Source of the DNA: Solirubrobacteraceae bacterium | GTDB lineage: Bacteria > Actinomycetota > Thermoleophilia > Solirubrobacterales > Solirubrobacteraceae | Length of the DNA stretch: 40,497 nt | Assembly (NCBI GenBank): GCA_030038955.1 | Contig: JASHQV010000094.1 | Span: 1 to 40,497 of the forward strand | Direction: 5' to 3' | In this document: one piece after another, positions 34,513 to 40,497 of the stretch | Layout: every line of letters starts with the position of its first letter | Numbering within the stretch: the first letter of the stretch is position 1 | Translations under genes and position numbers: made by a program | Notes under the pieces: generated by a model | Database searches by the model: none | What the model saw: the letters and a program-made list of their open reading frames with translations, nothing else | Told to the model about the DNA's origin: nothing

Positions 34513-35028
34513 GGTCCTCTTCTTGATCTAGAGACTAGGTACCGTCGCCCGTGCGCCTCGTGCCGTTTCGCTCGATCAAGCAGCGCGGGACAACCTGATC
34601 TGCAGTGAAGATGGCGCTCGTAAGAAGCCGCAGATAAGACTTGAAGAACTCGATCAGCAGCTCGGCGCTTGGAGCCTCGCCCACCCGCTCGAGCGGACGC
34701 CTTCCGTCGCACCCAGCTCGGCGCCGACGCGGCGCTGGCGGATCGGATCACCAAGCATCCTGCGACACTCGGTCTCGCGAGCTCGCGCGGCTCGCAGCTT
34801 CTGGAGCTTGATCTGCGCGCCCAGAACGACGAGTTCGCTGAGCTCGACCCGATCGGTCCGCCACTTGCGGCGGTCGGCAGCGGTGGCGAAAGCGCCGATG
34901 CAGATTGTGGCTGAAGCGGCTGCGATCGGCTCCGCCACGGCGCCGCCACAGAACCGGCTCACGCGTGCTCTGCCAGCCCTACACTGCGGCGGCACGTTGC
35001 GGGAGCGACACGGCCTCGGGAGGCACCG

Positions 35029-36609
35029 ATGAAGGCGTCCGGGTTGACACGACGACTGGCAGTCTGTGCGCTGATCGCAGGGGCGGCGCTGACGGTGAGT
35101 GGCGGCGCCCGCCCCACCAGCGCCGCGGCCGCATCCAGGAGCGGCCCGACGCTCCCCTCGCAGGATCCGTTCTATAAGCCACCCGCCGATCTCGCCTCGC
35201 TGGCGCCCGGCACCGTGATTCGGCAGCGGACGGTCAACGTCGCCGAGGAGGGCGACTCGACCCCGATCTCCGCGACCCAGGTCCTGTATCGCACGACCGG
35301 CGAGCTGGACCAGCCCACCGCCACGGTGGCGACGATCATCCGCCCGACGACCGCTGCTGAGGTCACGCGAGTCGTTTCCTACCAGACCGCCTACGACGCG
35401 CTCGGATCGCAGTGCGATCCGTCGTACACGCTGCAGGGTGGGAACCCGAGCTACAGCACCGCGGAGGAGGAGGAGCAGATCATCCTCGCCTACGTCGACG
35501 CGGGCGATACCGTGGTTGTCCCCGACTACGAGGGGGAGAAGCTCGACTGGGCAGCGGGTCAGGAATCCGGCTACGGGACGCTTGACGGCATCCGCGCCGC
35601 CGAGAGCTCCCTGAGGTTGCCGGCGGCGAGCACGCCAGTCGGCCTGGTGGGCTACTCGGGCGGCTCGATCGCCACCGACTTCGCGGCGGAGCTGGCGTCG
35701 AAGTACGCCCCCAAGCTCGACATCGTCGGGATCGCCGAGGGCGGCGTGCCGGTGGACTTCCTGCACAACCTCTCCTACATCAACGGCAGCTCGGACTGGT
35801 CCGGTGTGATCCCCGCCGTGCTCGTCTCGCTGGCCCGCGCCTTTCACGTGAGCTTCACCAAGTACCTCTCCCCCTACGGACGGAAGGTCACCAAGCAGGT
35901 GCGGGATGAGTGCATCAACAGCTTCGTCGGCGACTACCCGGGACTGACGATCCAGAAGCTGCTCAAGCCACAGTATGCCGATTACCTGCACAACCGGAGC
36001 CTCGTGCGCATCGCCGACGATCTGATCATGAGCCGCATCGGCACACCGAGGGCACCGATGTTCATCGGCGTGGGCGACGCAGACGGCACTGGCGACGGGG
36101 TGATGATCACCGATGACGTGGAGGCGCTGGCGCACACGTACTGCACGCGCGGCGTGTCGGTTCAGTTCAACGTCTATGAGGATGACGATCACGATGAGGC
36201 TGCCGTTCCATTCGAGGCGGGAGCCTTCAGCTTCCTCAGCGACCGGCTGAGCGGCGTTGCGGTACAGAATCGCTGCAGCTCGATCAGCAGGGGCAACTCG
36301 TTGGCCCCCACCACCGTGCCCAAGAACTCCGACCCGATCGTGCTCGAGGTGAAGAACCTCGGGGTCAGGCGGGCCGTGCACGGACTCGAGCTTCGCATCC
36401 ACACCTCCTACGGCTCCTTCACCGAGATGACACTGACGCTGCTCCGCGGCAGGCGGAGCCTCACCTCCGTCACACTTCCGAAGATCAACACCAAGCGTCA
36501 GACGATCGTCTTGCGAGTCAACTCCAAGGCACCCACGGCGGGCAGGTACAAGCTGCGCGAGACCGACGAGGACCAGCTCGTCGCGACGAAGAAGCTGACC
36601 GTGCGCTGA
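35029..36609 (+). CDS. Secreted lipase, LIP (secretory lipase) family
   Basis: Signal peptide, DPFY, QVLYRTT, SYQTAYD, CDPSY, VPDYEG, GYSGG nucleophile motif, C-terminal beta-rich extension. Confidence 0.88.
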   Translation: MKASGLTRRLAVCALIAGAALTVSGGARPTSAAAASRSGPTLPSQDPFYKPPADLASLAPGTVIRQRTVNVAEEGDSTPISATQVLYRTTGELDQPTATVATIIRPTTAAEVTRVVSYQTAYDALGSQCDPSYTLQGGNPSYSTAEEEEQIILAYVDAGDTVVVPDYEGEKLDWAAGQESGYGTLDGIRAAESSLRLPAASTPVGLVGYSGGSIATDFAAELASKYAPKLDIVGIAEGGVPVDFLHNLSYINGSSDWSGVIPAVLVSLARAFHVSFTKYLSPYGRKVTKQVRDECINSFVGDYPGLTIQKLLKPQYADYLHNRSLVRIADDLIMSRIGTPRAPMFIGVGDADGTGDGVMITDDVEALAHTYCTRGVSVQFNVYEDDDHDEAAVPFEAGAFSFLSDRLSGVAVQNRCSSISRGNSLAPTTVPKNSDPIVLEVKNLGVRRAVHGLELRIHTSYGSFTEMTLTLLRGRRSLTSVTLPKINTKRQTIVLRVNSKAPTAGRYKLRETDEDQLVATKKLTVR

Positions 36610-36720
36610 GCGCCGGCTCGCAACTAGCCTTGGCCTGGCCACCTGCGAGCCGAGGCCGCCATCGCCTCAGGCTCCGGCGTGACCGCGGAGCGGTTGAGCC
36701 GGAGTCGGTGCCGGTGGTGG

Positions 36721-38250
36721 TCAGGGACTGAGCGGTCCCGGCTCGCCGGCCAGTGGGAGCGAGCTATCCGGAGTGAGCTGCTTGACCGCCTTGCGAACCA
36801 TCGACAGCGGGGCGGCGACCTCCTCCAGCGGCTTGCCTTCGGCGCTGACTCCAAGGACAGCAGCTACGAGACCACCCAGGATCATCGCGCCGGCGCCGAG
36901 CAGATAACCGACGAACAGCTTGTTGGGATCGTTGCCGGTGCCGATCAGATGACCGTACAGGTGGGTGCCGAGGAACCCGAAGCACTGAGCGATCGCAAAG
37001 AAGACGGCGATCGCCTGGGCCCGGACCTCGAGTGGGAACACCTCGCTGGCCGTGAGGTAGCCGGCGCTCGCCCCAGCCGAGGCAAAGAAGAAGACAACCG
37101 ACCAGGCAATCGTCTGTGTCGCCGCGTCCAGCGAGCCCTGCTTGAATAGGATCGCGGTCGTCACTAGCAAGCTACCCGAGACGATGTAAGTGCCGGCGAT
37201 CATCTTCTTGCGGCCGAGCGTGTCGAACAGCCGGCCGATCGTCAGCGGACCGAGCAGGTTGCCGGCCGCGAACGCGAAGAAGTAGTACGGCGCGTGGTTA
37301 GACGGGACGTGGAAGAAGAACTTCAGCACGAGGCCGTAGGTGAAGAAGATCGCGTTGTAGAGGAACGACTGCGTGATCATCAGCACCGCGACCAGCGTTG
37401 AGCGCCCGGGATAGCGGGAGAACAGGACGCGGACGAGGGCCAGGTAGCCAATCCTCTCGGTGGGCCGGATCTCGATCGCCTGGTCCTCGTCGACCGGCGG
37501 CAACTCGCCCTTGGTGGCTTCGACGTGGTGCTCGATCTCCGCGATGCTCGCCTCGGCCTCCCGCTCGCGGCCGTGCATGATCAGCCAGCGCGGGCTCTCC
37601 GGCAGGCTCCGCCGCACGTAGATGATGACCAGGCCAAGCACCGGGCCGATCAGGAAGGAGAGCCGCCAACCCAGGTTTGCGGACAGTTTGTTCAGGAAGT
37701 ACAGGGTGGCGACGGTGCCGATGAGCGCGCCGCCCCAGTAGGTGCCGTTGACGGCGATGTCGATCCGTCCCCGATAGCGGGCCGGGATCATCTCGTCGAT
37801 CGCCGAGTTGATCGCCGCATACTCGCCGCCGATGCCGCTTCCCGCCAGAATCCGGGTGGCGTAGAGGTACACGACCCAGCCGCTGCCGGCCATCGTCAGC
37901 GCTGTCAGACCACTGCCGATCAGGTACACGCCGAGCGTGAACATGAACAGGTTCTTGCGTCCGAGCTTGTCCGACAGCCGCCCGAACACGAGCGCGCCGA
38001 TCACCTGGCCGACCAGGTACCAGGTCGCGATATCAGCGGACTGGCTGGCGGTGAGACTCAGCGTGTTCTTGTCAGTGAAGGCGGCGCTGAGGTTGGCGGC
38101 GATCGTGATCTCCAAGCCGTCCAAGATCCACGCCACGCCCAGCGCGATCACCATCCGCGTATGGAATCTCGACCACGGCAGCCGATCGATCCGCGCGGGT
38201 ATCGAGCTCCGAATTGCTGGGCCTTCTGCTGCCTCTGACGTTGATGCCAT
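36721..38250 (-). CDS. MFS transporter (sugar porter/aromatic acid-like)
   Basis: GRLSDKLGRK motif A, GGEY, PARYRG, PESPRWL, SEVFPLEVRA. Confidence 0.92.
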   Translation of the reverse strand: MASTSEAAEGPAIRSSIPARIDRLPWSRFHTRMVIALGVAWILDGLEITIAANLSAAFTDKNTLSLTASQSADIATWYLVGQVIGALVFGRLSDKLGRKNLFMFTLGVYLIGSGLTALTMAGSGWVVYLYATRILAGSGIGGEYAAINSAIDEMIPARYRGRIDIAVNGTYWGGALIGTVATLYFLNKLSANLGWRLSFLIGPVLGLVIIYVRRSLPESPRWLIMHGREREAEASIAEIEHHVEATKGELPPVDEDQAIEIRPTERIGYLALVRVLFSRYPGRSTLVAVLMITQSFLYNAIFFTYGLVLKFFFHVPSNHAPYYFFAFAAGNLLGPLTIGRLFDTLGRKKMIAGTYIVSGSLLVTTAILFKQGSLDAATQTIAWSVVFFFASAGASAGYLTASEVFPLEVRAQAIAVFFAIAQCFGFLGTHLYGHLIGTGNDPNKLFVGYLLGAGAMILGGLVAAVLGVSAEGKPLEEVAAPLSMVRKAVKQLTPDSSLPLAGEPGPLSP

Positions 38251-38428
38251 CACTGTCCCCTCCACCTCGACGTTCTACGCAGACGGTCCCTACCCGATTG
38301 CGTGGCCCGCGCAACGCTGGACACCGCTCCGTGGCCAGCCGAACTTGCTCATGCCGCTACGCGGGCGCGTCGATCCGCCGAGCGGGGGCAGCCGGCTTGG
38401 AGCACGGCTGCCCCGTTCAGCACAACGG

Positions 38429-39334
38429 CTACGCGAAGTAGTGGCCGGCCGCGATGTCGTCGAGTAGTCCGGGCGCGGTCGGCTGCCAGCCGAGTGTCGC
38501 TCGCGTCCAGTCGTTGGAGGTTGGGTTGTCGATCTGGGCGAAGTCGGCGAGAAAGCCGAGGTACCGATCGGCCTGCTCAGCGCTGATGCTGCGGGCGGGC
38601 ACGCCGAGGCCGCGGCCGATCGCCTGCGCGATCTGCTTGAACGGGATGCCTTCGGACTCGACGCCGTGGAAGCGGCTGCCGGCGATGCCGTGCTCGAGCG
38701 CCAGCCGGTACAGGCGGGCGATGTCCCGGGTGTTGACGGCGGGCCAGCGGTTCGCGCCGTCGGCGACGTATGCCGCGAAGCCGTTGGTGCGGGCCAGGTC
38801 GATCAGCGTCGGCACGAAGCCGTGCTTGTCGAGGTCGCTGTGGACGGATGGGGCGGGCCGGATCACGGTCGCGCGCACCCCGTCGGAGGCAAGTGCGATC
38901 AGTGTGTTCTCCGATTCGACGCGGGGAAAATCGCCGGTGGCGACGTCCTGCTCGGTGCCGACGCGGTTGGGTGCGGCGTGGGCCAGCAGCATCGACCCGC
39001 TTGTCCCGACAAACGGCTTGTCGCTGTGCTTGAGGGCGGCGCCGATCTTTGTGATCGCCGCCAGATCCGATGCCGCTGCGGCGGCAAAGTCGCCGCTGAA
39101 CGCGATCTCGTGACGCATCGCGAGGTGGATCACGCCGTCCGCCTGCGCGGCGGGAGCGGTGAGGCTGTCCGGGTCGGTCAGATCGCCGCGGTGGACGTCG
39201 GCGCCGAGCGCCGCGACCTTGGCGGCGGCCTCGTCGGAGCGGGCGAGCCCGACCACCGAGTGGCCGTTCGCCAACAGCTCCGGGATCACGGCTGCTGCGA
39301 TATGGCCGGACGCACCGGTTACGAAGACTTGCAT
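38429..39334 (-). CDS. Atypical SDR / NAD-dependent epimerase family oxidoreductase
   Basis: MQVFVTGASGHI, GLARS, DGVIHLA, GANRWPAV, TLGWQP. Confidence 0.9.
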   Translation of the reverse strand: MQVFVTGASGHIAAAVIPELLANGHSVVGLARSDEAAAKVAALGADVHRGDLTDPDSLTAPAAQADGVIHLAMRHEIAFSGDFAAAAASDLAAITKIGAALKHSDKPFVGTSGSMLLAHAAPNRVGTEQDVATGDFPRVESENTLIALASDGVRATVIRPAPSVHSDLDKHGFVPTLIDLARTNGFAAYVADGANRWPAVNTRDIARLYRLALEHGIAGSRFHGVESEGIPFKQIAQAIGRGLGVPARSISAEQADRYLGFLADFAQIDNPTSNDWTRATLGWQPTAPGLLDDIAAGHYFA

Positions 39335-39379
39335 GGGGGTCCTCCAAACGTGGGGATGGCTGATTGGCTTGCGAGTTGC

Positions 39380-39431
39380 TGACGACACTCTGTGACGTCA
39401 CTCTAGCAGGTGACGTCACAGGGTGACGTCG
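39380..39431. promoter_or_regulatory. Two inverted 21-bp quasi-palindromic boxes, candidate TetR operators
   Basis: TGACGACACTCTGTGACGTCA (39380-39400) and TGACGTCACAGGGTGACGTCG (39411-39431); the second is nearly the reverse complement of the first. Confidence 0.8.
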
Positions 39432-39448
39432 GTTACGCTTGCGCAGAC

Positions 39449-40045
39449 ATGCGCTGGCAACCGGATGCAGTCGGACGGCTTCAGGCCTCGGCGCTCGAGC
39501 TGTTCGCCGAGCGCGGCTATGACGCCACGACCGTGGCGGACATCGCCGGGCGTGCGGGCCTGACCAGGCGCACGTTCTTCCGCCACTTCACGGACAAGCG
39601 CGAGGTGCTGTTCGTAGGCTCGGAGCAGCTGCTCCAAGCGTTCCTCGCTGCGATGGAGGCCGCCGACCTCGACGCGCCACCGCTGGACACGGTGATCGTC
39701 GGCGTTGAGGCGCTCGCGGACATCTTCGGCCCGGAGCGCCACCAGTTCGCGAGAACCCGCGCCGCGATCATCAGCTCCTGCCCGGAGCTACATGAGCGTG
39801 AGCTGATCAAGCTCGCATCGATGAGCGCTGCCGCCGCCGAGACGCTCCGCACGCGCCGCGTGCCTGGCCCGGTCGCAACGCTCGCCGCCGACACTGGGGT
39901 CAACGTCTTCCATGCGACATTCACCCGCTGGATCGCCCAGGACGACCCGGCTGCATTCCGGCGCATCCTGCACGAGGTGCTACGCACACTTAGCTCCCTC
40001 ATTGCTCACCACCGATCAGACACCGACACCGCAGCACTCACCTGA
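39449..40045 (+). CDS. TetR family regulator
   Basis: ALELFAERGYDATTVADIAGRAGLTRRTFFRHFTDKREVLF; divergent from the SDR. Confidence 0.93.
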   Translation: MRWQPDAVGRLQASALELFAERGYDATTVADIAGRAGLTRRTFFRHFTDKREVLFVGSEQLLQAFLAAMEAADLDAPPLDTVIVGVEALADIFGPERHQFARTRAAIISSCPELHERELIKLASMSAAAAETLRTRRVPGPVATLAADTGVNVFHATFTRWIAQDDPAAFRRILHEVLRTLSSLIAHHRSDTDTAALT

Positions 40046-40216
40046 TCCCCGTAGCTGGTCACGGGTCCCAATCAGGCTCGTCGTCCGACGAGAACGGATC
40101 AGAGCGGCGACGCGCGCTGTCACCGCGGGCGCAGCCACACGATCACCGTCCGGGGTCGAGACCGACACGAGCCGGCGGATCGTCGCGAAACTGGCGATTG
40201 CAGGGAGAGAAGAGGA

Positions 40217-40261
40217 TGAGCACGGCTGGGTTCGAACCAGCGACCTCTCGCGTGTGAAGCG
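40217..40261 (-). mobile_element. 3' half of tRNA-Val(CAC), probable att site of an integrative element
   Basis: Minus strand reads CGC-TTCACAC-GCGAG-AGGTC-GCTGG-TTCGAAC-CCAGC-CGTGCTC-A: anticodon loop, T arm and acceptor 3' strand. No D arm or 5' acceptor strand upstream. Confidence 0.8.
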
Positions 40262-40497
40262 GGGTAGAGGGAAGCAGAAGAAGCGCAGAAAGCCCAGCTA
40301 ATTGCCCATTTCTGCGGTGTGCGGTCGTGGCCGAGTTATCCGCGGTTTCCGGGAGTTCCCAGCGGGTTTAGGCCACCAAGGCCATGCGATGGCCTAAATG
40401 ACTTCGCTTGGTGGCTCGCTGCCAAAGCGGTCGAGGTCCGCAGCGGGCGAGACAGGTATCCTGTGGGCATGCGGCGAACCTCGGCAGAGACCATTCC

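Noticed and set aside
34654-36642. 662-aa minus-strand ORF
   Set aside because: Mostly the antisense mirror of the lipase; only its last ~70 codons are kept as a possible remnant.
40217-40295. Complete tRNA-Val gene
   Set aside because: No D arm or 5' acceptor strand; the anticodon stem is mismatched beyond the junction.
39912-40301. 129-aa plus-strand ORF after tetR
   Set aside because: Overlaps tetR out of frame and runs antisense through the tRNA fragment; no coding signal.

Overview
GC-rich actinobacterial DNA; gene style and leaderless starts suggest Thermoleophilia/Solirubrobacterales (inference). From left to right: (1) a protocatechuate/beta-ketoadipate cluster, pcaR-G-H-F-J-I divergent from pcaB-C plus a ferredoxin reductase; (2) a sulfur-handling module (MBL-rhodanese fusion plus two YeeE/YedE proteins) next to a truncated amidohydrolase; (3) a PlsC-type acyltransferase; (4) an ~18.8 kb, 18-gene amine/amide catabolic block (~13220-32010); (5) a MacB-type ABC pair, secreted lipase, MFS, SDR/TetR; (6) the 3' half of a tRNA-Val(CAC), a likely att site. 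The block holds a Pot-type ABC importer with an embedded amidase, GntR, XRE-cupin, orphan DUF1116, an unknown protein, an SDR, two Rieske oxygenase alpha subunits, an HDAC-family deacylase, a VOC protein, a tandem Lrp, a flavin amine oxidase, a glutamine-synthetase-like ligase with altered glutamate-binding motifs, and a MekB/MetX-like hydrolase. It has no integrase or transposase. It is bracketed by two reciprocally decayed copies of one plsC-ABC segment. All annotation is from motif reading only; no searches were run.
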